Positions 1-8,216 of a DNA stretch of 64,000 bases are shown here, in pieces (positions within the stretch are counted from its first letter, which is position 1; each line of letters starts with the position of its first letter). Both the position numbers and the translations under genes were made by a program. Under the pieces are notes generated by a model. The model saw only the letters and a list, made by a program, of their open reading frames with translations. It had not been told where the DNA came from and searched no databases. This stretch comes from Vicinamibacterales bacterium (GTDB taxonomy: Bacteria; Acidobacteriota; Vicinamibacteria; Vicinamibacterales; UBA8438), in contig OZ253543.1 in the NCBI GenBank assembly GCA_965262555.1, positions 2,691,218 through 2,755,217 on the forward strand. Reading direction: 5' to 3'.

Positions 1-1
1 C

Positions 2-607
2 GGCGGCGCCTGGCCGGGCGATCTTGACAAGAGCACGCTGGGCCACCCCGGCAAGTACACGTTCTGCATTGCCGAGCACGAGGAGGCGAGCCCCTGGGCG
101 CCCTACCACGTTGATCACGGCTACCGCGCCGAGGACAGCACCGTCTTCTGTATTGCCGCCGAAGGGCCGCACAGTGTCACCAACCACGTGGCACACGACC
201 CGGAAGGGATCCTCGACAGCATCGCGTCGGCCATGCGCACCATCGCGCACAACAACGCGGTCAGCGGCGGCTCATGCGCCGTCGTCATCGGCCCCGAACA
301 CGCCGCGACGATCGCGGCCAAGAGCTGGACGAAACGCGACGTTCGCGACTACCTCTGGAACGCCGCCCGCAATCCGTGGGAGGAGCTGACGTTCCACGAC
401 CGTTACGGGAAGATCTACAATCGCAACCTGCCGGCCGAGTATCCGCGTGAACCGGGGGCTCGCACGCCGGTCGTCCCCTCTCCCGACGACATCCACCTCT
501 TTGTCGCCGGCGGCGAATCCGGCCGGTTCTCCGCGTTCCTCCCCGGCTGGGGGCACATGTCGACGCCGGTGCTACGCGCAATCGAGGGGACGTCTCGGCA
601 CAACTGA
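2..607 (+). CDS. hypothetical protein, 5'-truncated by the window edge
   Basis: Frame 2 is open from nt 2 (hand translation GGAWPGDLDKSTLGHPGKYTFCIAEHEE...) through ORF 188..607. Composition is protein-like. Its stop overlaps the next ATG (TGATG at 605-609). Family not recognised. Confidence 0.55.
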   Translation, partial: GGAWPGDLDKSTLGHPGKYTFCIAEHEEASPWAPYHVDHGYRAEDSTVFCIAAEGPHSVTNHVAHDPEGILDSIASAMRTIAHNNAVSGGSCAVVIGPEHAATIAAKSWTKRDVRDYLWNAARNPWEELTFHDRYGKIYNRNLPAEYPREPGARTPVVPSPDDIHLFVAGGESGRFSAFLPGWGHMSTPVLRAIEGTSRHN

Positions 608-1155
608 TGGCCAGTGAGAGGCGCCTGCCGGACGACTGGATCGTCTACGACCCGCGCGGGACGGTCACCGCACAGCCGCGAGCACTGGCGCCGCGGCTGG
701 CGTCGCTCGACGGCATCCGCCTCGGTATCCTCGACAACACGAAGTGGAACGCCTCGAAGCTGCTGCGTGAAACGGTGGCGTGCCTCGGCGCCGAGATCGC
801 GTTCGCCCAGGTACGACGCTACGCGAAGGCGAGCTTCTCGCGTCCCGCCGAAGCGGACCTCCTCGATCGGATTGCGGCCGAGAACGACGCCGTTCTCACG
901 GCGATAGGCGATTGAGGGTCATGCACGTCGTGCAGTGTGCACGACGCGGTCGGCCTGGAAGAGCGGGGCATCCCCGTGGCGGTCATCGTGACCGATGCCT
1001 TCTTGCATGAAGCCGACGTCCAACGTACGGCGCTCGGCGCGGCGCGTCTCGCGCCGGTGGTCATCACTCACCCGCTCAGCACGCTGACGGATCAGGAGAT
1101 CGTCAGGAGAGCAAGGGCGGCAGCGGACGGGACGCAACGGGTCCTTACCGCGTAG
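607..1155 (+). CDS. UGSC-family selenoprotein (selenocysteine at in-frame UGA 913-915)
   Basis: ORFs 607..915 and 937..1155 are in the same frame (330 nt apart). The only stop between them is TGA 913-915. Read-through gives ...LTAIGD-U-GSCTSCSVHDAVGLEERGIPVAV.... U-G-S-C is the signature motif of the UGSC (seleno)protein family. A SECIS-like hairpin lies 10 nt downstream. Confidence 0.75.
926..946 (+). promoter_or_regulatory. putative bacterial SECIS stem-loop (recoding signal)
   Basis: Perfect inverted repeat CGTCGTGCA (926-934) / TGCACGACG (938-946) with loop GTG. It begins after a 10-nt spacer from UGA 913-915, the position expected for a SelB-binding hairpin. Confidence 0.55.
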
Positions 1156-1167
1156 CGTGGTCGAGAC

Positions 1168-1566
1168 CTACGGTCGAAGCTCGACAAAACCGGCGGCCTC
1201 GAAGGCTCCATCGAAAGCGAGCACGCTATGGATGCGGTTGGCCCGCATGAACGCGAAGCTGGTGGCGTCCACGAACGAAAACTCCCGCTCGTCGTGACGG
1301 CGCAGCCATCGGATGGCCGTTCGCTCGATGTCCTGATCGATCCAGGCGACCTGTATCCTGGGGCTCCCATCGAGCATTTCCAGAAACGTTACGGCAGAGC
1401 GATGGCCTGCCTTGCGGCGCAGATAGGTCCAGGTCTCGCCGCGGACCTGACTCGAGGTCACGAGGTTCTGGTTGGCATGCAGGAGATTAAGTTGCTTGGC
1501 CGCGTCGTGATGGACGTCACGGCTGTTGCGGAGGGCGACCCAGAACGAAGTGTCTACGAAGATCAT
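1168..1566 (-). CDS. vapC: type II toxin VapC (PIN-domain ribonuclease)
   Basis: MIFVDTSFWVAL... N-terminus with the acidic PIN residues (D5, E44, D100 region). Internal ATG at 1566 of the 277-aa ORF. The 4-nt ATGA overlaps the upstream antitoxin stop. Confidence 0.85.
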   Translation of the reverse strand: MIFVDTSFWVALRNSRDVHHDAAKQLNLLHANQNLVTSSQVRGETWTYLRRKAGHRSAVTFLEMLDGSPRIQVAWIDQDIERTAIRWLRRHDEREFSFVDATSFAFMRANRIHSVLAFDGAFEAAGFVELRP

Positions 1567-1775
1567 CGATAGACGACATCGTCCACCGGCTCTGGATCGA
1601 AGGCGTCCCCACCGACCCACCGGCCCAGCGGATCGTCTTCCAGCGCCGGCAATGACGCGATATTGCTCCGCACGAATCGGCGGATGAGTGCGGCCTTCGA
1701 GGAGCCCTCCTCGCGGGCCTGACGCTCCAGTGCCTCGTCCAGTTCCTCGTCGATCATGATCTGCAGGCGCTTCAT
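1563..1775 (-). CDS. vapB: ribbon-helix-helix (CopG/VapB-type) antitoxin
   Basis: MKRLQIMIDEELDEALERQAREEG... is a typical RHH N-terminus. It overlaps the vapC start. An alternative start lies at 1790 (MYPSL...). Confidence 0.75.
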   Translation of the reverse strand: MKRLQIMIDEELDEALERQAREEGSSKAALIRRFVRSNIASLPALEDDPLGRWVGGDAFDPEPVDDVVYR

Positions 1776-1818
1776 GAGTGAAGGATACATTACAAGGTCT
1801 ACCTATGTGTAAGCACTG

Positions 1819-3147
1819 GTGGTCCGCGTTGCGATCGACGGTGGCCGCGCCGGAGCTACCCCACGGTATGATGCGGCCGTGAGGGTCGAACTCGCCTACG
1901 GCCGGGGGCGGATGCCGGTCGACTTCCCCGACGGGCGGACGACGGTGATCGAGCCGTCCTACATCAACGGCCTGCCGGACGAGGCTGGCGCCATCCGCCA
2001 CATGCTCCGAATGCCGCTCGGGACGCCGCCCCTCGCCTCGCTCGTCACGCCTGACCAGAAGGTCGCGATCTCGGTCTGTGACATCACGCGCCCGATGCCG
2101 AGCGAGCGGCTGCTGCCGGTGCTGCTGGATGAACTGTCACACGTACCTGACGATCAGATCGTCATTCTGATCGCGGCCGGCACGCACCGCGCCAATACGC
2201 GCGACGAGCTGATCGACATGCTGGGCGAGCCGGTCGTCGACCGCTACCCCATCGTCAACCACAGTGCGTTCGACGACGACATGCTGGTCCACCTGGGCGA
2301 GGTGGAACCGCATGTTCCGGTCTGGCTGAACCGGCACTGGGTGGATGCGGATATCCGGATCACCACCGGCTTCGTCGAGCCGCACTTCTTCGCCGGCTTC
2401 AGCGGCGGGCCGAAACTGGTGGCGCCGGGGCTGGCCGGCTTCCGAACGACGATGCGGCTGCACGACGCCGAAATGATCGCCAGCCCGAATGCGCGCTGGG
2501 GCATCACCGAAGGCAATCCGATCCACGACGCCATTCGCCGGATCGCCGCCAAGGTAGGCGTCCACTTCAGCGTCGATGTCGCGATCAACCGCGACCGGGC
2601 GATCACGTCCGTCGCCGCCGGCGAGATCTTCGCCGTCCACAAGGCGATGACGTCGCGCGTCCGCGAGAGCGCGATGCAGGCGTTCGGCGCGCCGTTCGAC
2701 GTCGTCGTCACCACCAACAGCGGCTACCCCCTGGATCAGAATCTGTACCAGAGCGTCAAGGGGATGTCAGCCGCGGCGCAGGTGGTAAAGAAGGGGGGCG
2801 CCATCGTCTGCGCGGCGGCGTGCGCCGACGGCCTGCCGTCGCACGGCGAGTACAGGTCAATCCTCGAGGCGCGCGACTCCCCCAAGGCACTGCTCACGAT
2901 GATCTGCGCACCGAACCACAACCGGCACGATCAGTGGGAGGTCCAGATCCAGGCGCAGATTCAGCAGCGCGCGCAGGTCTTCCTGAGGGCGGACGGCCTG
3001 ACGGACGACGACATCCGGGCGGCGCACCTGACGCCGATCGACGACGTGGAGGAGACGGCGCGCGAGCAACTCGACCGCGCCGGGCCGGACGCGCGGCTCT
3101 GCGTCCTGCCGGAGGGACCGCAGACGATCCCGTATCTCGCCGGCTGA
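1819..3147 (+). CDS. larA: nickel-dependent lactate racemase family protein (LarA/DUF2088-like)
   Basis: Motifs seen: CDITRP, AAGTHR, GFVEPHFFAGFSGG, NSGYPLDQNLYQ. The start is uncertain (GTG 1819 or in-frame GTG 1879). Confidence 0.75.
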   Translation: MVRVAIDGGRAGATPRYDAAVRVELAYGRGRMPVDFPDGRTTVIEPSYINGLPDEAGAIRHMLRMPLGTPPLASLVTPDQKVAISVCDITRPMPSERLLPVLLDELSHVPDDQIVILIAAGTHRANTRDELIDMLGEPVVDRYPIVNHSAFDDDMLVHLGEVEPHVPVWLNRHWVDADIRITTGFVEPHFFAGFSGGPKLVAPGLAGFRTTMRLHDAEMIASPNARWGITEGNPIHDAIRRIAAKVGVHFSVDVAINRDRAITSVAAGEIFAVHKAMTSRVRESAMQAFGAPFDVVVTTNSGYPLDQNLYQSVKGMSAAAQVVKKGGAIVCAAACADGLPSHGEYRSILEARDSPKALLTMICAPNHNRHDQWEVQIQAQIQQRAQVFLRADGLTDDDIRAAHLTPIDDVEETAREQLDRAGPDARLCVLPEGPQTIPYLAG

Positions 3148-3159
3148 CCGGCACGGTCA
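3145..3159. terminator. short hairpin between convergent genes
   Basis: TGACCG-GCA-CGGTCA (6-7 bp stem) spans the larA stop codon. There is no T-tract, so its function is uncertain. Confidence 0.25.
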
Positions 3160-3181
3160 GGCCGGCGCGACTCCCCGGCGG

Positions 3182-3529
3182 TCAGAACGGGCGAATGATC
3201 GCCATGATGACCGCCACGACAACCGTCGCCGCCGTAACCCAGCGGAGCGTCGCAACGTTCCCCGGCTGACGGAATACCAGCGGCACCATCATCGCAAGGA
3301 CAACCCAGCAGGCGATCTTCACGAACACCCAGCCCTCCCACGGCATCCGCTGCATGCCATGCAGGCCGAACCCGGTGACGAAGATCAGCAGCGCGAAGAT
3401 ACCGGAGCGCATCAGCAGGGGCCGCCGATGCTCCGGCAGCGGCGCGGCCAACGCGGCGTACGACGCCGCCACGAGCAGTATGGCTGCCGCGACATGCACC
3501 ACCAACATCCACTGAATCGCTGTGTACAC
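3182..3529 (-). CDS. small integral membrane protein (about 4 TM, SirB2-like?)
   Basis: 115 aa, almost entirely hydrophobic helices. No competing ORF. Confidence 0.55.
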   Translation of the reverse strand: MYTAIQWMLVVHVAAAILLVAASYAALAAPLPEHRRPLLMRSGIFALLIFVTGFGLHGMQRMPWEGWVFVKIACWVVLAMMVPLVFRQPGNVATLRWVTAATVVVAVIMAIIRPF

Positions 3530-3562
3530 CGCCGACCTCCTCTCTGCTGTCCGGGGGCGGAC

Positions 3563-4348
3563 CTACCGCGATCCGCTCTCCGCGACGGAAAAGCTCAGTT
3601 CCGGGTCGTACCGAAGCACGGTGCGCTCGACCGAGAGCAGCACGCCCGACAGTCGCGCTACCACCTCGTCCGTCCGTTCGCCGAACGTGCGCGCCAGGAT
3701 GGTCGGTTCGTCCAACTCCGCGAAACTGGCATGGTTCTCGACGATCTGCCACGTCGACGGGCCGGGACCGAAGTAGCGCTCGTAGATGCCGAACACCACG
3801 TTCGCGCCCTGGAACTGGGACAGGTTGTCCTGCAGGAACGCTTCCCAGTCCGCCGTGCGGCCCGGCGCCACCTCCACCGTGGTGACGCGCGCGAGCGACA
3901 GTCCGGTTACGTCGTCCGACTCGACGCTCAGCTCCGGGTGGTAGCGCATGGCGTAACTCTGACGGGCGGCGAGGGTGCGCCGCACGGCATCGCGGATCCT
4001 CCCCAGCCGATCCGGATCGAGGGCGCGCGCAAGCGGGCCACCACTGTCGAACTCGCCCATGCTGTCCACCGGCGTGACGAACAACAGTTCGTAGGTATTG
4101 CCGAACTCGGCGGTGCGCCAGGCCGAACGCCAGGGAACGCCGGCGCGCCGGAGCGCCGGGTTCACGTCCTCGAGCTGCAGCTCGATGAACTCGTCGAGTT
4201 CGCGGGGCAGCACCTGCATGACGTCAACCCGCATCCAGGTCAGGTTCTCCTGGGCCCGCAGAGCGGACGGGGTGCCCGTCGCCAGCAACGCCATGGCAAC
4301 AACGGTCACGCTCGCGACAACGATCAGTCGTGTCATCTGCCGTCTCAT
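3563..4348 (-). CDS. secreted hypothetical protein
   Basis: Signal peptide MRRQMTRLIVVASVTVVAMALLATG. Protein-like composition. Two internally similar halves are possible. Start chosen at the internal ATG 4348. Confidence 0.6.
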   Translation of the reverse strand: MRRQMTRLIVVASVTVVAMALLATGTPSALRAQENLTWMRVDVMQVLPRELDEFIELQLEDVNPALRRAGVPWRSAWRTAEFGNTYELLFVTPVDSMGEFDSGGPLARALDPDRLGRIRDAVRRTLAARQSYAMRYHPELSVESDDVTGLSLARVTTVEVAPGRTADWEAFLQDNLSQFQGANVVFGIYERYFGPGPSTWQIVENHASFAELDEPTILARTFGERTDEVVARLSGVLLSVERTVLRYDPELSFSVAESGSR

Positions 4349-4443
4349 GGCAACCTCCTCCGAAGTAGCTCCGGATAGATTCCTCACGCCAACTCTACAC
4401 CCGTATCGGTGCGACCCGGCCGATCCGTCACCCGGTGCTGGTG

Positions 4444-5742
4444 CTACCCGGCGTGCGCGTCGGCGATCGCCTGCCGCTCATCGACGCGCCAGATCAGAAG
4501 GCCGCCCACGACGAAGAAGACGAGCAGGCTGGCGACGCCGACGCGCTGGCTGTAGAGGTCGCTCAGCACGCCGAGCAGCGCCGGTCCCAGGAACGATGTC
4601 GCCTTGCCGGAGAAGGCGAAGAAGCCGAAAAACTCCGACTCGTGCTTCGGCGGCACGAAGCGCGCCATGAGGGACCGGCTGGCCGACTGGTTCGGGCCGG
4701 CGAAGACGCCCACGAGCACTGCCGCTACCCAGAACCAGGTCTCGTTGGGCGCCGCCGCCGCGACGATGGTTGCCACCGCGAGCGCCGCCACGCTCAGCGC
4801 AACCGTCGCGCGGCCGCCAATCAGATCGTCGAGAAAACCGAACGCGAGCGCCCCCAGACCGGCGCCGATGTTGATCACGATACCGAACGTCACCAGTTCC
4901 GCGAACGTGAAACCGAACGTCCCGACCGCGTAGATTCCGCCGAACGCGAAGATGGTGACCAGGCCGTCGTTGTAGAAGAGCCGGGCGAGCAGGAATCGCA
5001 TCACCTGCCGGTAGCGCCGCAGGTGGCGCGCGGTGACCGCCAGGTCGCTGAACGCGCGCCGAATGCTGACGCCGCCCGGGATCCAGTCGTCCTTCAGGAA
5101 GAGGAACGCGGGCACGCTGAACAGCAGGAACCAGCCGGCGACCAGCAGGTTCGTGGCGCGCAGGTTGAAGCCCTCGTCGGTCGGGATGCCGAAGCGCGGC
5201 GTTTCCGGGACGAAGACGACAAGCGCCACCACCAGCGCCAGCAGGCCGCCGGCGTAGCCGAGACCCCATCCGTAGCCGGAGAGGCGCCCAATCCGATCCG
5301 CCGGCGCGATCGACGGCAGGAACGCGTTGTAGAAGACCAGGCCTAGTTCGAACGCGACATTCGCGACGACGAAGATCCCCAGAGCGACCACGACGCTGTT
5401 GGGCATCCCCGGCGTCACGAACGTCAGCGCGGCGGTAGAGACGACGCAGACCAGCGAGCAGAGGATCAGATACTTCCTCCGGTCGCCCCGGTCGGCCAGC
5501 GCGCCCGCGATCGGCGCCAGCGCCGCGATGGCGAGTGCGCTCACCATGATCGCGCGCGACCAGAGCGCGGTTCCCCGGCCCGGGTCGTCGGCGAACGCGG
5601 CCGTGAAGTAGGCGGAATAGATGAAGGTCACCACCAGCGTCGTGAACGCGGAGTTGGCCCAGTCGTAGAAACACCACGACCAGACGGCGGCGCGGCTGCG
5701 ATGCTGACCGGCGGCGGGCGGCGGCAGGGGCGGCGCGGTCAC
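4444..5742 (-). CDS. MFS transporter (UMF1/Atg22-like)
   Basis: About 12 TM segments. N-terminal WCFYDWANSAF and FYNAFLP motifs are typical of the UMF1 family. Confidence 0.8.
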   Translation of the reverse strand: MTAPPLPPPAAGQHRSRAAVWSWCFYDWANSAFTTLVVTFIYSAYFTAAFADDPGRGTALWSRAIMVSALAIAALAPIAGALADRGDRRKYLILCSLVCVVSTAALTFVTPGMPNSVVVALGIFVVANVAFELGLVFYNAFLPSIAPADRIGRLSGYGWGLGYAGGLLALVVALVVFVPETPRFGIPTDEGFNLRATNLLVAGWFLLFSVPAFLFLKDDWIPGGVSIRRAFSDLAVTARHLRRYRQVMRFLLARLFYNDGLVTIFAFGGIYAVGTFGFTFAELVTFGIVINIGAGLGALAFGFLDDLIGGRATVALSVAALAVATIVAAAAPNETWFWVAAVLVGVFAGPNQSASRSLMARFVPPKHESEFFGFFAFSGKATSFLGPALLGVLSDLYSQRVGVASLLVFFVVGGLLIWRVDERQAIADAHAG

Positions 5743-5778
5743 GTTCCCCTACAATACGGCCAACCGGAGGATGACAGC

Positions 5779-6069
5779 ATGCCGCTCTACGTTCTGATCG
5801 CCCACGACCGTCCCGACCTCGAACGGCGCCAGCAGGTCCGGCCCGCCCACCTCGGGCACATGGACGGGCTCGAGTCGGCCGGCCGCCTCCGCTACGGGGG
5901 TCCGCTCCTGAACGAGAACCAGGACATGGTGGGCAGCTTGATCATCCTGGAGGCCGAGAGCCTCGAGGCGGCGAAGGCCACCTACGCGCAGGATCCCTAC
6001 GTCACGCAGGCGGTCTTCGATCACTACGACGTGATCGAGACGAAGCAGATCTACCCGAAGGAGCCGTAG
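5779..6069 (+). CDS. YciI family protein
   Basis: MPLYVLIAHDRPD...RPAHLGHM...GGPL... is the YciI pattern. GGAGG RBS at 5766-5770. Confidence 0.85.
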   Translation: MPLYVLIAHDRPDLERRQQVRPAHLGHMDGLESAGRLRYGGPLLNENQDMVGSLIILEAESLEAAKATYAQDPYVTQAVFDHYDVIETKQIYPKEP

Positions 6070-6089
6070 CGGCGGCGCGGCGGCCGGCG

Positions 6090-7322
6090 TCAGCGCCGGA
6101 CGTCGGGGAACCGCGGGCGGCCCGGCTCGAGCTGGGTGCCGAACGAATTGAGCGCGATCGACACGATCCGGTAGCCGCCCACCGTAATCACCAGGTCGAT
6201 CAGTTCCGGGGTGCCGTAGCGCTCCGCGAGCGCCTGCCAGGTCGCGTCCGAGACCGTACTGTTACGGTGCAGTCCGTCGGTCGCCCGGATGAGCGTTGCC
6301 TCGAACGGGTCCCAGCCGGGAGCGTCGGCCCCGACGGCAATCGCACGGATCTCGTCGTCGGTCATCCCGATGCGGCGCGCGGCGCGGACGTGCTGCGCCC
6401 ACTCGTACTCCGAGCCGCAGAGCCAGCCGATCCGGAGGATCAGGATCTCGCGGGCCCGGTCGGTCAGCGTCGAGCCGAGCCGGATGTAGGCGGACTGCAC
6501 CGAGCGCGGCCGGTAGAAGACCGGGTGACGCGCCAGCGTCGCATACAGGTTGAGTACCGGTCCGCCCTGCCCCTCCGGATCGAGCAGGCCGCGCACCTCG
6601 TCGGTCCACTCGCCGCGGGGGATGGGACCGAGCCGGGGCGCATCGAGCGGGGCCGGCGGCGGCCCCGGCCGTCCGATCGTGCGCCGCACATCGGCCGGGA
6701 AGCGCTCGCCGAACCGGTCATCCGGCGCCACGCCCAGACTGTTGGCCAGCATCGACAGCAGGATGTATTCGGCGCCGGTGAAAACGACGTCCAGCATCTG
6801 CTGCGCACTGAATCGCCCGGCCAGCACACTCCACGTCGCATCGCTCAGGAATGCGTCGCGGTACAGCTCATCGCCTGCGCGCACCAGCCAGACATCCCGG
6901 ACCCCCCAGCCCGCGTCCGGCCCTTCCGCGATCCGCTGCAGGTCGGCGTCCCCCAGGCCGAACCTGCGGGCCTCGGCCGCCAGGTCCGCCCACACCGCCT
7001 CCGAGCGGCAGAGCCACGCGACGCGCAGCCCAATCAGCAGCGCGTCGACCACCGGCACGGTCGATCGCTGCCGCAGGTAGGCGGCAAGCGGCCCCAGCCC
7101 GTGCAGCGCCGGCGGATGCTCCGCGAGCGTCCGGAGCAGCGTGGTCGCCTCTTCCGGCGCGATGCCCCACGTCTCGATGCCGGCGCGCACCTCGTCGGTC
7201 CACGCCGCGTCGTCCGGCGCGACCGGCGGCACGCGAACCTGTCCTGCCGCCGGATCGACCCCGCCAAGGAAGGCAGCGACCGCGATGGCAAGGGCGGCGG
7301 CAGCACGCATGCGCCCGATCAT
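6090..7322 (-). CDS. exported protein with two carboxymuconolactone decarboxylase (AhpD-like) domains
   Basis: Signal peptide, then two repeats each containing an LRxxWLCxSEYEW/AVWA-type CMD helix motif. Confidence 0.7.
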   Translation of the reverse strand: MIGRMRAAAALAIAVAAFLGGVDPAAGQVRVPPVAPDDAAWTDEVRAGIETWGIAPEEATTLLRTLAEHPPALHGLGPLAAYLRQRSTVPVVDALLIGLRVAWLCRSEAVWADLAAEARRFGLGDADLQRIAEGPDAGWGVRDVWLVRAGDELYRDAFLSDATWSVLAGRFSAQQMLDVVFTGAEYILLSMLANSLGVAPDDRFGERFPADVRRTIGRPGPPPAPLDAPRLGPIPRGEWTDEVRGLLDPEGQGGPVLNLYATLARHPVFYRPRSVQSAYIRLGSTLTDRAREILILRIGWLCGSEYEWAQHVRAARRIGMTDDEIRAIAVGADAPGWDPFEATLIRATDGLHRNSTVSDATWQALAERYGTPELIDLVITVGGYRIVSIALNSFGTQLEPGRPRFPDVRR

Positions 7323-7357
7323 AGACGTTCCGGGCGGCTGCTAGAATCAGCGCTCCG

Positions 7358-8188
7358 ATGGCCAAGATGGACATCGCGTCACTCTTCTCGCTCACCGGCA
7401 AGGTGGCGTTGGTCACCGGCGGATCGCGCGGGATCGGCCGGATGATGGCGGAAGGGCTACTGCGGGCGGGCGCCGCCGTCTACATTTCGGCGCGCACGTC
7501 CGGCGCGTGCGAGCGGACGGCGGACGAACTCGCCGCGCTCGGGCGGTGCGTGGCGCTGCCGGCCAACGTCGCGACGGCCGACGGGCGCGCCGCGCTCGTC
7601 GAAGCGATGGGCGCACGCGAGGATCGCCTGCACATCCTCATCAACAACGCAGGCGCGGCGTGGGGCGCGCCGTATGCGGAGTATCCCGAGTCGGCGTGGG
7701 ACAAGTTGCTGGACCTGAACGTGAAGGCGCCGTTCCTCCTGACCCGCGACCTGACGCCGCTGCTCGAGCGGGCCGCGACCGACGACGACCCGGCGCGGGT
7801 CATCATCGTCGGATCGATCGACGGCATCCATGTGCCGCAGTTGCTGGAAGCGGGGACATTCGCCTACGGCGCAAGCAAGGCGGCGGTGCACCACCTGGCG
7901 AAGACGCTCGCGGTCGAACTGGGGCCGCGCCGCATCACCGTCAACGCGGTAGCGCCCGGCTTCTTCGAGAGCCAGATGACCGCCGGCATCCTCTACACAC
8001 ACGGAGCGAACATCGTCGATGCCTGTCCGCTCGGTCGCATCGGCCGTGCGGCGGACATGGCCGGCATCGCCGTCTATCTGGCGTCGCCCGCCGGCGCGTA
8101 CACGAACGGCGCCGTCATCCCGGTCGACGGCGGGACGCACCTCACCCGCCGCGGCGCGCCGGAGGCCGGAAGACCGGACCGCGACTGA
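7358..8188 (+). CDS. SDR family oxidoreductase
   Basis: TGGSRGIG cofactor motif, NNAG, YGASKAAV catalytic Y-x3-K. Confidence 0.9.
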   Translation: MAKMDIASLFSLTGKVALVTGGSRGIGRMMAEGLLRAGAAVYISARTSGACERTADELAALGRCVALPANVATADGRAALVEAMGAREDRLHILINNAGAAWGAPYAEYPESAWDKLLDLNVKAPFLLTRDLTPLLERAATDDDPARVIIVGSIDGIHVPQLLEAGTFAYGASKAAVHHLAKTLAVELGPRRITVNAVAPGFFESQMTAGILYTHGANIVDACPLGRIGRAADMAGIAVYLASPAGAYTNGAVIPVDGGTHLTRRGAPEAGRPDRD

Positions 8189-8216
8189 CGCCGCCGGCGA
8201 GACCGACACGGAGACG

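Noticed and set aside
8019-8216. N-terminal extension of the acyl-CoA ligase ORF.
   Set aside because: It overlaps the 3' end of the SDR gene, and its sequence is low-complexity. The canonical ligase N-terminus begins at ATG 8217.
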